DNA of 64,000 bases from NCBI GenBank assembly GCA_041659005.1, contig JBAZZD010000001.1:16366-80365 (forward strand), given 5' to 3'. Shown one piece after another: positions 1 to 9,560 of this stretch. How positions within the stretch are numbered: position 1 is the stretch's first letter; each line of letters begins with the position of its first letter. The translations under genes and the position numbers were made by a program. The notes below the pieces were generated by a model. That model was not told the origin of the DNA, made no database searches, and was given only the letters and a program-made list of their open reading frames with translations. The stretch is from Minisyncoccota bacterium (lineage in GTDB: Bacteria; Patescibacteriota; Minisyncoccia; UBA6257; GWB1-50-10).

Positions 1-102
1 ATTCCACAACTATCTTGCTGCTATTGATACTAGCATCTAAGAACCAACTAGTCAAGACAACTATCAATTTAAATAACTCCCCAAAGAAAAGTGAGTTACA
101 AA

Positions 103-372
103 TTACTTTTTCATAAGTAAATTTAATTTTTTTTCTCTAGATAAACGTTTTATCGCAGCCTCTCTACTTCGAGCATCCTTAAGAGTCTGGAACGTTTCCG
201 AATACTTCAAAACTACTGGCCTTCGTATTTTTGTGTAGTGCGCTCCTTTTTTTGCGTGATTATGTTCGTGTATCCTTTTTTCAAGATTGCTAGTGCTACC
301 AACATAGAGAGTCAAATCAACACACTCTACGATATAAACAACATACTGATTTAAGGTTACAGACTTCATCAA
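103..372 (-). CDS. Small GIY-YIG nuclease family protein (UPF0213-like)
   Basis: YVVYIVEC...LYVGST...RIHEHN...GAHYTK..RP...ARSREAAIKRL pattern. Confidence 0.9.
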   Translation of the reverse strand: MMKSVTLNQYVVYIVECVDLTLYVGSTSNLEKRIHEHNHAKKGAHYTKIRRPVVLKYSETFQTLKDARSREAAIKRLSREKKLNLLMKK

Positions 373-938
373 ATTAAAATTTCTCTAAGCAATTCCTTTA
401 TACCAATTTTATCCTTTGTTGAGTAAGGAATAATTTGATGAGTCCCCACAAGTTCTTTTATTATTTCAAACTGCTTCTTATATTCTTTCTGTTTCAATTT
501 ATCTATTTTGTTCGCAACAATAATAATTTCTTTCCTATATTCCTCTAAACTATGAAGCATTTCTATGTCATCTTTGGTTGGACCAACTGAAGCATCAATT
601 ATTACAATAACCTTCTTTTGCTCACCATGAGAAGCAAAAAAATACCACCGTATCATTTCTTGAAGACTTTCTCTCTGTTCTCGCGAAACCTTTGCGTATC
701 CATATCCTGGAAGATCAACAAAATACAACAATTTGTTGATCAAAAATAGATTTATCATCTGAGTACGCCCAGGAAAAGAACTCGTCCTCGCCAGATCATT
801 TTGATTAACGAGGGAGTTAATGACGCTGGACTTACCAACGTTTGAACGCCCAATAAAAGCAATTTGTGGAACACCATCGCCAAAAATACCGTCACCCGCA
901 AGTGCACTTTTTATAAATTGAGCTGATTCTATCTTCAT
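369..938 (-). CDS. engB: Ribosome biogenesis GTP-binding protein YihA/YsxC (EngB)
   Basis: GRSNVGKS (G1), PGRT (G2), DLPGYGYA (G3), NKIDK (G4). Confidence 0.95.
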   Translation of the reverse strand: MKIESAQFIKSALAGDGIFGDGVPQIAFIGRSNVGKSSVINSLVNQNDLARTSSFPGRTQMINLFLINKLLYFVDLPGYGYAKVSREQRESLQEMIRWYFFASHGEQKKVIVIIDASVGPTKDDIEMLHSLEEYRKEIIIVANKIDKLKQKEYKKQFEIIKELVGTHQIIPYSTKDKIGIKELLREILI

Positions 939-956
939 ATATTCAATATTATATCT

Positions 957-983
957 AAAAACCGATTCTTAGAATCGGTTTTT
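957..983. terminator. Intrinsic terminator-like hairpin
   Basis: aaaaaccgattct-t-agaatcggttttt just downstream of the 990..1628 stop. Confidence 0.7.
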
Positions 984-989
984 AAATTG

Positions 990-1628
990 TTATTTCTTTG
1001 CTTTCTTCTTTTTCTCAACCGGTTTCTTAGTTGGTATTTTCTTTGTTTTTTCTTTCTTTTCAACTACCAATTCTTTTTTTTCTTCCTTTACTAGAACTGC
1101 TGGAATTAAAATCTTCATAATTCTATCAAGTTTTGCGTTTATTGCATCAAATTGTTCTTTATATTGATTTGTTGGCTTATCATTGCTTCTGTCATTACTT
1201 CTATTTATAGCACTGCCATTTTTTTCAAAACAATCACTGCAATAGACTGGCTTGTCCCCCGTTGGTTTAAATGGAACTTCGCATTGCCGCGCACATTTAT
1301 CGCATGTCGCATTAAACATCTGTTTATCTCTACTCATGAATGATGAATCTCTCTTGCCACCAAAACTTGGTTTTCTGAAATTATTTCCACCCGATCGCAC
1401 CGATCCGCCATCATTATCATGATTTCGAAAACAATCACTGCAATAGACTGGTCTATTTCCGGTTGGCTTAAAAGGAACTTCGCATTCTTTCTTGCAATCG
1501 CTGCAAATAACCTTGCTCATAACAGATCCTCTATCGCCACCGAAACTACGCTTGCCGGAATCTCTTCCGCCAAATCCCCCCCCTCCACCTCTTTCACTTG
1601 ATTTATTACCTCTTTTAAATATTTTCAT
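990..1628 (-). CDS. CxxC-x17-CxxC domain protein (two zinc-ribbon repeats, Gly/Arg-rich linkers, Lys-rich tail)
   Basis: CSDCKKECEVPFKPTGNRPVYCSDCF and CDKCARQCEVPFKPTGDKPVYCSDCF. Confidence 0.9.
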   Translation of the reverse strand: MKIFKRGNKSSERGGGGGFGGRDSGKRSFGGDRGSVMSKVICSDCKKECEVPFKPTGNRPVYCSDCFRNHDNDGGSVRSGGNNFRKPSFGGKRDSSFMSRDKQMFNATCDKCARQCEVPFKPTGDKPVYCSDCFEKNGSAINRSNDRSNDKPTNQYKEQFDAINAKLDRIMKILIPAVLVKEEKKELVVEKKEKTKKIPTKKPVEKKKKAKK

Positions 1629-1714
1629 TATTTATATGTTGGATTTCCAACTACTTAGACTCTATTCCTTTTTTCGACAAACCGCAAATCGCCATTCTGG
1701 TCATGTTGTGTCAA

Positions 1715-3169
1715 CTAGTCTTTCTCTAAATCAAGAGTTTCATCGATGCGAATCTGACTAATAAATTCTGGGACGTGACTCACAAGAATCATTGCACCCG
1801 CATATTTATCAAGTGCCGCTGCAATTATCGGGAGGTGACGAAAATTCATATGATTTGTTGGCTCGTCGAGAATAAGAAGTCCTGGACGCAACAACACAAG
1901 CTGTGCAAGAGCAACCAATCCCTTCTGTCCCTCGGAAAGTGTTCCAATCTTTGCCTTCATCACGTTCTCTCCAATAAGAAATCCAGCAGCGGTAGAGCGA
2001 ACCTCACTTTCAGTAATCCGATCCATTACCGAAGAAAGAGAGTGATATACCGTATCGTCAAAATTTAGCGTGGAAAAATCCTGTCGGTAGTATCCAACTC
2101 GAACTCCGTCTGTAATTGTAGATTCTTTTCTATCTTTATGTGTAAGCGATTCGAGGAGTGTACTCTTTCCGATTCCATTCGGTCCTTTCAATAATAAATG
2201 CTGATTTTTTCTTAATGAGATATTTTTCTTTTTATTAGTGGGTTTGTGATTTTTAAAAACGGTATAAGAGGAAATATGTATTATGTCTCCAATAAGATCT
2301 TCTTGAGATGGAATTATAAATGGTCGAATGGTTTTATCCTCCTTTCTCACGTCTACCATTTCTTCTTCCATCTCTTCTGCCTTTTCACGCATCTTTTTTG
2401 CTACTAATCGCATCTGGCCTCCTTTGTGGGCAAAAAAGTTTGCCTTCTCTTTATTCGCCTCAACCTCTTTCGCGAGAAGTGCATTTTTTCTATTCTCTTT
2501 TTCAATGCGCAAAGAAATTTGCGCAACAACATCTGAATAATTTCCTACATACTGTTCAATTTTTCGTGTATACACATCGAGATATAACACTCCTTGTGTA
2601 AATGCGTTTAAAAATTCTGCATCATGTGAAATAACAATACATGTTTTTTTGTAATCAATGAGAAATTGAGTAAGGTGTGCGATTCCTTCTTTATCAAGAT
2701 TATTTGTTGGCTCATCAAGGAGAAGGAGATCAGGTTTTTGAATTAGTGCAGACGCAAGAAGAAGTCGTGCCTGCTGTCCACCAGAAAATGATTGTATCGT
2801 TCGATCGTGTGGAGCGTGTACATTAACGACCTCAAGCACCTCATCGATGCGAGGATCAATATCATATATCTTTTTGAGAAAACATTTTTCAAAAAATTCA
2901 CGTACCGTTAAATGCATTTCTCCACGAGGAATTACTTGGCGCGCAGTCGCAACACTTAATCCTTTTGCAACACTTATTGTTCCTGATTCTGGAGACAACA
3001 AACCAGTGATAAGTTGAAGCATGGTACTTTTCCCTGAACCATTCTGACCCATAAGTGCTGCTTTCCATCCATCGCGAAGCGAAAAATTAACCTCACTTAA
3101 AATGGGGTGATGATATCCGAAATCAAAGGATACTTTATCAAATCGTAATATAACTTCGTTGTGTGCCAT
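1715..3169 (-). CDS. ABC-F family ATP-binding protein
   Basis: Two ABC domains (GQNGSGKS/FSGGQ/LLLDEPTNNLD; GPNGIGKS/LSEGQ/LILDEPTNH), no TM segments. Confidence 0.9.
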   Translation of the reverse strand: MAHNEVILRFDKVSFDFGYHHPILSEVNFSLRDGWKAALMGQNGSGKSTMLQLITGLLSPESGTISVAKGLSVATARQVIPRGEMHLTVREFFEKCFLKKIYDIDPRIDEVLEVVNVHAPHDRTIQSFSGGQQARLLLASALIQKPDLLLLDEPTNNLDKEGIAHLTQFLIDYKKTCIVISHDAEFLNAFTQGVLYLDVYTRKIEQYVGNYSDVVAQISLRIEKENRKNALLAKEVEANKEKANFFAHKGGQMRLVAKKMREKAEEMEEEMVDVRKEDKTIRPFIIPSQEDLIGDIIHISSYTVFKNHKPTNKKKNISLRKNQHLLLKGPNGIGKSTLLESLTHKDRKESTITDGVRVGYYRQDFSTLNFDDTVYHSLSSVMDRITESEVRSTAAGFLIGENVMKAKIGTLSEGQKGLVALAQLVLLRPGLLILDEPTNHMNFRHLPIIAAALDKYAGAMILVSHVPEFISQIRIDETLDLEKD

Positions 3170-3226
3170 GAGTAATGTGTTTGTATCGTGTCAGCGCTTA
3201 ATTCTGCTAGAAAAACGGGGTGATGT

Positions 3227-3375
3227 CAATCCCGTTAGAGATAAGGGGGGTTATAAATGCTTATGATGTTTGTAAAAAATATTTAATTAATTCGTTAAGG
3301 TAAAAATATGACAAACGTGTAAAATCTCTAATGGGATCAATCCCGTTAGAGAGAATGGAGATTATAAATGCTTAT
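3227..3375. repeat. MITE-like element with terminal inverted repeats, followed by a partial second copy
   Basis: atcccgttagagat (3229-3242) and its near reverse complement atctctaatgggat (3324-3337); caatcccgttagaga...ttataaatgcttat recurs at 3227 and 3338. Confidence 0.65.
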
Positions 3376-3414
3376 ATATTTGATTAATATGTAAACGAAG
3401 ATAACAATACATAT

Positions 3415-4683
3415 ATGAACAGTCACACGATATGGGATGTGGCGGTAATAGGAGGAGGCCAATCAGGCATGATGGCGGCAGGAAGAGCGGCCGAGTTGGG
3501 TGCGCGTGTAATTCTCATAGAAAAGAATGAAACGCTGGGAAAAAAATTACTTATTACTGGCGGCGGAAGATGTAATCTCACTAATGCAGAACCTTCTACG
3601 CGTGCCTTTCTCTCAAAATTAAAGGGAAACGATAAGTTTCTTTTCTCTCCATTTGCTCAAATGGATATTGAAAAGACTATTTCTTTTTTCAATGATCGAG
3701 GCTTATCAACAAAAATAGAAGCCGGAAGGCGCGTCTTCCCCACAAGTGACAAGTCGCGTTCAGTACTCGACGTACTTGTTAAATACATGAAACAAGGAAG
3801 AGTCGAGATACTAACAAAAAGTTCAGTAAATACACTAATAAAAAATGTCGACAATACATTCAAAATAGAAATTAAAGATAGCAAACAAATCATTGCACGT
3901 AATGTTGTTATCGCAACTGGCGGCACATCGCGCCCAGAAACAGGATCAACAGGAGATGGCTTCATGTGGCTCGCGTCACTTGGACACACAGTAAAAGAAC
4001 CGAATGCGTCTCTTGTCCCAATCGCAATACACGATACGTGGGTAAAAACATTACAAGGTATTACACTAACCGATATTAAAATAAATGTACTTCAAAACGG
4101 AAAAAAACAATTTGGAAGATTAGGCAATATATTATTTACCCATTTTGGTATAAGCGGTCCCACTATTATTAATATGAGCAAAGATGTAAGAGATCTTTTA
4201 CAATATGGCACAGTCACAATTGAACTTGATCTATTTCCAAACCTTGATGATGGTGCAATAAACGAGAAGCTTAAAACACTCTTTATAAAGGAACAAAATA
4301 AAAAATTAATAAATGTTATTTGTGTACTTGCGCCCGTCGCAGCATTTCGGTCAATACTCATTAATCTATCAAAGATGAATCCAGACACATTCTGCCATAG
4401 TATCACACGAGAAGATCGTTTAGCGCTCGCAAAACTATTGAAAGGAGTGCCAATGAGCGTCAAGGAAATATTAGGAAAAGAAAAAGCAATCGTCACAAGT
4501 GGTGGTATTCCACTTACTGAAGTAGATACAAAAACAATGCAATCAAAACTACATAACAACCTATATCTCACTGGGGACATATTAGATATAGATAGACCAT
4601 CGGGCGGATATAGTCTTCAGTTATGCTGGACAACTGGATATGTTGCGGGAACCGCCGCCCGCAATGCGCTCAAAAAAAATTAA
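3415..4683 (+). CDS. NAD(P)/FAD-dependent oxidoreductase, HI0933/YhiN/BaiN family
   Basis: VIGGGQSG, GKKLLITGGGRCNLTN, ATGG.S.P.TGSTGDG, GGYSLQLCWTTG. Confidence 0.93.
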   Translation: MNSHTIWDVAVIGGGQSGMMAAGRAAELGARVILIEKNETLGKKLLITGGGRCNLTNAEPSTRAFLSKLKGNDKFLFSPFAQMDIEKTISFFNDRGLSTKIEAGRRVFPTSDKSRSVLDVLVKYMKQGRVEILTKSSVNTLIKNVDNTFKIEIKDSKQIIARNVVIATGGTSRPETGSTGDGFMWLASLGHTVKEPNASLVPIAIHDTWVKTLQGITLTDIKINVLQNGKKQFGRLGNILFTHFGISGPTIINMSKDVRDLLQYGTVTIELDLFPNLDDGAINEKLKTLFIKEQNKKLINVICVLAPVAAFRSILINLSKMNPDTFCHSITREDRLALAKLLKGVPMSVKEILGKEKAIVTSGGIPLTEVDTKTMQSKLHNNLYLTGDILDIDRPSGGYSLQLCWTTGYVAGTAARNALKKN

Positions 4684-5198
4684 TTTTCCAAAAGTGTTTT
4701 ATATATTGAGAAACTAGATAATTGATGTTTATTTAATCCTCTCGTTTCTCTTACTTCTTTCTGTTTTAATATTTTCAATTTCATTTTCAAATCAAGAGAT
4801 TTTTTTAATGCGCAATGAAATTCTTTTTCTATCCTGTTTGAACACTTCAAAAACCAAACTTCAATCTCCCACTTCACTTTTTTATGTTCTAACTTCAAAA
4901 CAATTATAAAGCCTTCAGGTCTGTTTTCTCTTTTAAATTTTTCAAAATCACCATATTCATACTTTTGAAATAGTCGTAAATCAACGAGTCTATTAAGTGC
5001 CGCGACTGATGCGCATCTCGGATTCTCACATACAACACAAATATCTATATCAGGATCGTACATAACATCTAAATCATATGCTCCACCTATTTCCACAACA
5101 CCAAACTCAGATAGAATATTTACTACATCTGTTCTCTTGAGAATTTCTGTGGCATATTTTTTTATCTTTTTTGAATATGAGATTAAATTCCTACTCAT
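4680..5198 (-). CDS. Hypothetical protein, possible nucleotidyltransferase fold
   Basis: GGAYDLDVMYDPDIDI resembles the Pol-beta NTase G[S/A]-x-DxD motif. Confidence 0.55.
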   Translation of the reverse strand: MSRNLISYSKKIKKYATEILKRTDVVNILSEFGVVEIGGAYDLDVMYDPDIDICVVCENPRCASVAALNRLVDLRLFQKYEYGDFEKFKRENRPEGFIIVLKLEHKKVKWEIEVWFLKCSNRIEKEFHCALKKSLDLKMKLKILKQKEVRETRGLNKHQLSSFSIYKTLLEN

Positions 5199-5578
5199 AT
5201 AGTAATTATTAAATTTTTTCTAATTTTATCGTCAAGAGTAAAGTCGCCTATTTTGCCTACTTTTCCAGTTAAATTCTGAATACCAAACTCTTTGTAACGC
5301 GGGACCAAATGCCAATGAACGTGATTCACCTCATCCATATACAGCAGGTAAACCTTTTTAACTTTTAAGGTTTTCATCATTGCTTTTCTTATATCATCCA
5401 CTCTATTCATCAAATATTCATAGTCGTTTCTTCTTAACAAGTGCAGATCTTTTACCTTTTTATTCCAAACTACAACTACATGCCCGCGAACAATTGGATT
5501 ATTGGCCAAACATGCATAAAGTTTTTTATCTTTATAGATAATGGCACTTTTAAATGGCTTAGGAAGACTGTCTTTCAT
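5195..5578 (-). CDS. HIT family protein
   Basis: PIVRGHVVV and HVHWHLVPR histidine triad. Confidence 0.88.
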   Translation of the reverse strand: MKDSLPKPFKSAIIYKDKKLYACLANNPIVRGHVVVVWNKKVKDLHLLRRNDYEYLMNRVDDIRKAMMKTLKVKKVYLLYMDEVNHVHWHLVPRYKEFGIQNLTGKVGKIGDFTLDDKIRKNLIITI

Positions 5579-5633
5579 ATATAGGCAATATCTTTATTGT
5601 AACAGTATTTTTTATTCTAAATTTGAAATCGTT

Positions 5634-6131
5634 TTAAAAATCAATTTTTAATTTTCTGCGTCTATAATAAATAATAAACGCAACATTAATCGCTATGAGT
5701 AGCACCCAATTGATAATGCTCACATATGGATATTCCCACCAATTCCAACCCAAAAGTCTTTGTGGATTATAATCTAAAAATGGATAAAATAAACGAGCCA
5801 GTGGATCGCCATGATGAGTAAACAGATCCAGAAAAATATGAAGGGCATATGGACAAATCAATATCCAATAACGTCTAGCAAAAACAACTAAAATACCAGA
5901 AAAAACTGCAAGACCAAGAAGGCCGTGACTATACCCATATAAGTCCCGACTCCACGCAGGTAAGGTACTCCAAACAAATGTTAAATCTAAACCTTGAGTA
6001 ACTTGTAAATAGAAAAAACCTGCTACAGTAGAAATTAAGTCTGGCAAAAAACCACCAACAAGGATTGGTATGAGTAATTTTGGTTGGCGAACAAAGGTCA
6101 TCCCCCAAACACCATGAGAAATGATGTCCAT
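5634..6131 (-). CDS. Membrane-bound metal-dependent hydrolase (YdjM-like)
   Basis: MDIISHG...LPDL...YSHGL...LHIFLDLFTH; start taken at the second Met. Confidence 0.75.
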   Translation of the reverse strand: MDIISHGVWGMTFVRQPKLLIPILVGGFLPDLISTVAGFFYLQVTQGLDLTFVWSTLPAWSRDLYGYSHGLLGLAVFSGILVVFARRYWILICPYALHIFLDLFTHHGDPLARLFYPFLDYNPQRLLGWNWWEYPYVSIINWVLLIAINVAFIIYYRRRKLKIDF

Positions 6132-6200
6132 ATATTTAGTTATATCATAAAAAACACCCAAAGGTGTTTTTTATATTTCAATCATTCACTGTAATTAATT

Positions 6201-6320
6201 TTATTTGTGCTTTTTGTCTTTCTTTCTCGCTAGCATAGCCCGTTTTATTTCTAATCGTTTTTTTGTTTTGTGGGAGTGTGTTTTTATTGGTTTCCCGACT
6301 CCAGTACGTCTTTTTGCCAT
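6201..6320 (-). CDS. Small basic protein, 39 aa (MAKRRTGVGKPIKTHSHKTKKRLEIKRAMLARKKDKKHK); not in ORF track
   Basis: Manual translation, ATG 6320 to TAA 6201; terminator-like hairpin aaaaacacc-caaa-ggtgttttt at about 6150-6172 downstream. Confidence 0.65.
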   Translation of the reverse strand: MAKRRTGVGKPIKTHSHKTKKRLEIKRAMLARKKDKKHK

Positions 6321-6487
6321 ATATATTGGTTAATTGTTTATGTTCTGAGTGTAACAGAAAATCCTAAGAAGGGAAACGTTCTTGTGCGTTCGCCATTGTT
6401 TAGAGAAAAAGTGATACAAAAACATAATCATGATAAGATTAGAAAATTGAGAAAAACACCCTACCCTAACACTACAATTTATCAGTT

Positions 6488-7189
6488 ATGTCAAAAAAAT
6501 ATTTAAAAGAACTATTTACACTTTTTCTTTCAATATCCGGTTATGTACCGAGTCACGCCACAATACTTAGAACGATTGCCATGACACTGGCCCTCGCTCT
6601 TTCTTTTTATTTTATTTACTTTCAAACACATAATTCGGGGCTTGCAATTGCTTATTTTGTACTTTCAGAATTCCTCTACATAGGTTTTGTATATTGCGTC
6701 CTATCAAAAAATGGCCTCCGACATTGGTTTATTAAAAAATGGGGCAATGAGGAAAGAGGATATTTAGCATTTGAGGCAATCCTTGGTTTTTTATTTTTTA
6801 ATAATGGGGCAAGTATTGCGTATATCTCATCTTCAACCACTGGAATTTTATTCGATTTCGTTCCGAAAAAACTCATACTTATATTGGTAATTGGAATGTT
6901 TGGTCTTGGTTTTATTGTTAAAATACTTGCAGCAAAAGCAATATCAATTGATATATATTACTGGAAAGATATGTTTTTAGGGAGAAAGATATGTGATTTT
7001 GTAATAACGGGACCATACAAATACTTCAAGAATCCAATGTATGGTGTCGGACAACTTCAATCATATGCAATTGCAATCTGGTATGGATCTATACTTGGCT
7101 TATTTGTCGCAGTAGTAAATCAATGTCTAGTGTTTTCCTTTTTCTTTTTAAAGGAAAGGGAATTTATAAAAAGAATTTATAAAAGCTAA
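6488..7189 (+). CDS. PEMT/ICMT-family membrane methyltransferase
   Basis: Multiple TM helices; VITGPYKYFKNPMYG and C-terminal ERE motifs. Confidence 0.8.
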   Translation: MSKKYLKELFTLFLSISGYVPSHATILRTIAMTLALALSFYFIYFQTHNSGLAIAYFVLSEFLYIGFVYCVLSKNGLRHWFIKKWGNEERGYLAFEAILGFLFFNNGASIAYISSSTTGILFDFVPKKLILILVIGMFGLGFIVKILAAKAISIDIYYWKDMFLGRKICDFVITGPYKYFKNPMYGVGQLQSYAIAIWYGSILGLFVAVVNQCLVFSFFFLKEREFIKRIYKS

Positions 7190-7198
7190 AAGGTTTAT

Positions 7199-7387
7199 CT
7201 ATTTTTTGCGTAGAAATCGAATAATAAAATAAATAGCAGTTACCATAAAAAGTAGCAACCAAAACCAAGAAAAATAAATAAGATATTCATAAAAATATAA
7301 ACCAAACAGAATACCCAACGAAAGAAGGCAAATTTTTATAAGGCTAACTTCCCACCATTGAAATGTCCATGTTTTAAAAATTTTCAT
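7199..7387 (-). CDS. Small membrane protein
   Basis: 62-aa ORF with two hydrophobic segments. Confidence 0.6.
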   Translation of the reverse strand: MKIFKTWTFQWWEVSLIKICLLSLGILFGLYFYEYLIYFSWFWLLLFMVTAIYFIIRFLRKK

Positions 7388-7480
7388 AATTCATTAAGGA
7401 TATTGCATATGACCTTCGTATAATGATAATCCGTGCTAGAAATATAATAACCTCTATATTTTGATTAGAATAAATTCAGT

Positions 7481-7612
7481 TTATTTTTCTAATTTTTGGA
7501 AAAATTTCAAGAAGTAGATGAAATAGAGGAAGTTAAAAAACAATAGATATTGCCATGGATTATATTGCCCTAAAAACCCTAGAAATCCCAAATACCAATG
7601 CTTGTCTCTCAT
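7481..7612 (-). CDS. Small membrane protein (LGFLGFLG motif)
   Basis: MRDKHWYLGFLGFLG...; start placed at the internal Met. Confidence 0.45.
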   Translation of the reverse strand: MRDKHWYLGFLGFLGQYNPWQYLLFFNFLYFIYFLKFFQKLEK

Positions 7613-7660
7613 ATCTAAAATTATATCAAAAACAATCCCTTTAATTTTGCAATAAAAATA

Positions 7661-7688
7661 GCTCCGCATTGTAGAAGTTATAAAAACT
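7661..7688 (+). repeat. Putative att-arm scar (recombinase-tail-like LRIVEVIKT)
   Basis: gctccgcattgtagaagttataaaaact aligns in register with attL at 13135. Confidence 0.45.
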
Positions 7689-8244
7689 ACTGAAGTGTTT
7701 TTATATTTGTCTTTAGCTCTCTTAATATTTTCGCAACAGCATCCTTGGCGTCTTTAGATTTTATTGTTAAGAGTCTTTTTCTGTTATCCAAATAGGTATC
7801 TGCCAACTTATCCGCCCAACCACCAGTTCCTCCGATAACAACAGTTGGGATATTTGACTGATATGCAATGGCTATTTCAGTAAGAGTTCCCGATCCGCCT
7901 GATATTGCAATTATAGCGTCACAAGAATTAACTAGAACAAACTCTCTACCGCCACCTCTTTCTAGGCCGGTAGAGATTACAACGTCAGTATCTCCATTTT
8001 TATCCCATATATCTTTGCCCTTGCCATAGGTGACGCCAACGGTAAATCCATTGACGCTTTTTGCTCCCCTTGAAGCTGCCGTGGAAAGCGAATCATAGTC
8101 CTTTTCTGCTCCATACACGGTTATGTTTCCGGAAAGCGCTATTTGTTTCCCAACGTCAAAAGCTATTTGTTCTATTTCTTTTGAATAATTTAAGTCCGCC
8201 GCCGAGCCCATTACCCCTATTTGATATTTTCTATTTTTTTTCAT
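7687..8244 (-). CDS. TIGR00725/LOG-family Rossmann-fold protein
   Basis: IGVMGS, DAIIAISGGSGTLTEIAIAY, GTGGWAD. Confidence 0.88.
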   Translation of the reverse strand: MKKNRKYQIGVMGSAADLNYSKEIEQIAFDVGKQIALSGNITVYGAEKDYDSLSTAASRGAKSVNGFTVGVTYGKGKDIWDKNGDTDVVISTGLERGGGREFVLVNSCDAIIAISGGSGTLTEIAIAYQSNIPTVVIGGTGGWADKLADTYLDNRKRLLTIKSKDAKDAVAKILRELKTNIKTLQ

Positions 8245-8350
8245 ACTTGTAAGATTAGTCTTCTACGGTTTGAATAAAAAGTAAAGAAACCCTACAAATA
8301 AGATTGCCACGTCAAAAAACGCCTCACATAACTGCAAGGTATTTTTAACC

Positions 8351-8391
8351 GCTCTCCATGGGACGTCGCTGGAGTGAATTTGGGAGAATAA
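8351..8391 (+). repeat. Putative att-arm scar, homologous to 9695..9737
   Basis: gctct-cca-tgggacgtcgctggagtgaatttgggagaataa vs gctctgccagtgggacgccgttggaaataatttagtggaataa. Confidence 0.6.
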
Positions 8392-8395
8392 TACC

Positions 8396-8833
8396 CTAAA
8401 CCTTCTTCTCTAATGTATTAAAGATCTCATCCATAATCGACAATGTCCCAGCAATTGATTCTTTATTTTGAAGATAGTCTTCTCTACTAAACCATTTGGC
8501 ATATTGCCCCTCGGATGATACGATCACATCTCTCTCAAAATCATCATTTACACAAAAGAGGAAAAGATAGAGTTCTGCAGAGGAAAAATGCTTTGTCGCA
8601 GAAAGATTATATACTTTGAACAAACGAAAGTTTTCAGGGATTATATTAAGCTCTTCTTTTGATTCTCTCACTAATGCTTGCACGGGCGTTTCTGTCTCTT
8701 GGATGCCACCTCCAAAGAAGCCGAACATGTCTCCTCCACGTTCATGATTTTTGGCTCTTTTTTGCATAAATAAATATACCAATCCGTTAATCACCTTATA
8801 TGGGACAAGAACAGAAACTTTTCGTTTTTCCAT
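8396..8833 (-). CDS. NUDIX hydrolase
   Basis: Nudix box GGGIQETETPVQALVRESKEEL. Confidence 0.88.
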   Translation of the reverse strand: MEKRKVSVLVPYKVINGLVYLFMQKRAKNHERGGDMFGFFGGGIQETETPVQALVRESKEELNIIPENFRLFKVYNLSATKHFSSAELYLFLFCVNDDFERDVIVSSEGQYAKWFSREDYLQNKESIAGTLSIMDEIFNTLEKKV

Positions 8834-8910
8834 GACATCATTAAATCATTTCATAATTTTAAAGTCTACAAAAAGAAAAAATAACCCATATTCTATGTGG
8901 GCTATTTTTT

Positions 8911-8932
8911 GCTCTAGGGATGCGACTCTAAC
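8911..8932 (+). repeat. Degenerate copy of the tRNA-Asn 3' end (attB/attR-like scar) next to a terminator-like hairpin
   Basis: gctctagggatgcgactctaac vs tRNA gctccccgggtaggactcgaac (15/22); hairpin aaaataacccatat...atgtgggctatttt immediately to the left. Confidence 0.4.
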
Positions 8933-8942
8933 TTATCAAAAC

Positions 8943-9560
8943 CTAGTGATTATATTGTTGAATCTTAAATACATGTATTTCTTCTGCACTAGAGTCCTCA
9001 GATAACTCCAATAATTCAGAATTTCCAAAATGAAACATCATTAATACCTGCTTCCAATCTAAATTATAGTAAGTCGCATAAATCATTTTCCCAAAATCGC
9101 CATGAGTGACTAAGAGTATATTTCCGTTTGTGTATTTTTCCTTTAGGGAGATGAGCAGCTTTTTAGCGCGCGCAACTAATTGAGGAAATGTTTCTGATCC
9201 TTCGGGGCTTAGGAAATAACAGATGGTATCAGTCTCAATAATGTCTGGGAAACACATTTCTTTTATTTTCTTTTGTTGCTGACCCGTCATAACGCCAAAA
9301 TCTCGCTCAATTAAATCAGCAAGTGGTTCAGGCTTCTTATTACCAATAATATTGGTAATTATTTCTGCTGTTTTATATGCCCGCTGAAGCGGAGATGAAT
9401 AGACATAATCAAAATAAATTCCAGTCTCTTTTATCTTTTCTGCAGTCTCTTTCGCTTGCTCAATCCCCTTTTCTGATAATGGTTGATCACGATGACCATT
9501 TAAAATACCACTCGCATTATCGAGATCTTGTCCGTGTCTAGCTAAATAAATTTTGAGCAT
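8943..9560 (-). CDS. Histidine phosphatase (phosphoglycerate mutase) family protein
   Basis: LARHGQ, SSPLQRAYKTA, ERDFG, LVTHG. Confidence 0.92.
   Translation of the reverse strand: MLKIYLARHGQDLDNASGILNGHRDQPLSEKGIEQAKETAEKIKETGIYFDYVYSSPLQRAYKTAEIITNIIGNKKPEPLADLIERDFGVMTGQQQKKIKEMCFPDIIETDTICYFLSPEGSETFPQLVARAKKLLISLKEKYTNGNILLVTHGDFGKMIYATYYNLDWKQVLMMFHFGNSELLELSEDSSAEEIHVFKIQQYNH

Noticed and set aside
1225-1485. Direct DNA repeat aaaacaatcactgcaatagactgg...ggaacttcgcatt
   Set aside because: Explained by the two CxxC-x17-CxxC protein domains
7410-7450. Possible additional att scar (gctagaaatataata resembles gttagaactataatt at 11448)
   Set aside because: Lacks the gctc core in register; AT-rich similarity could be chance
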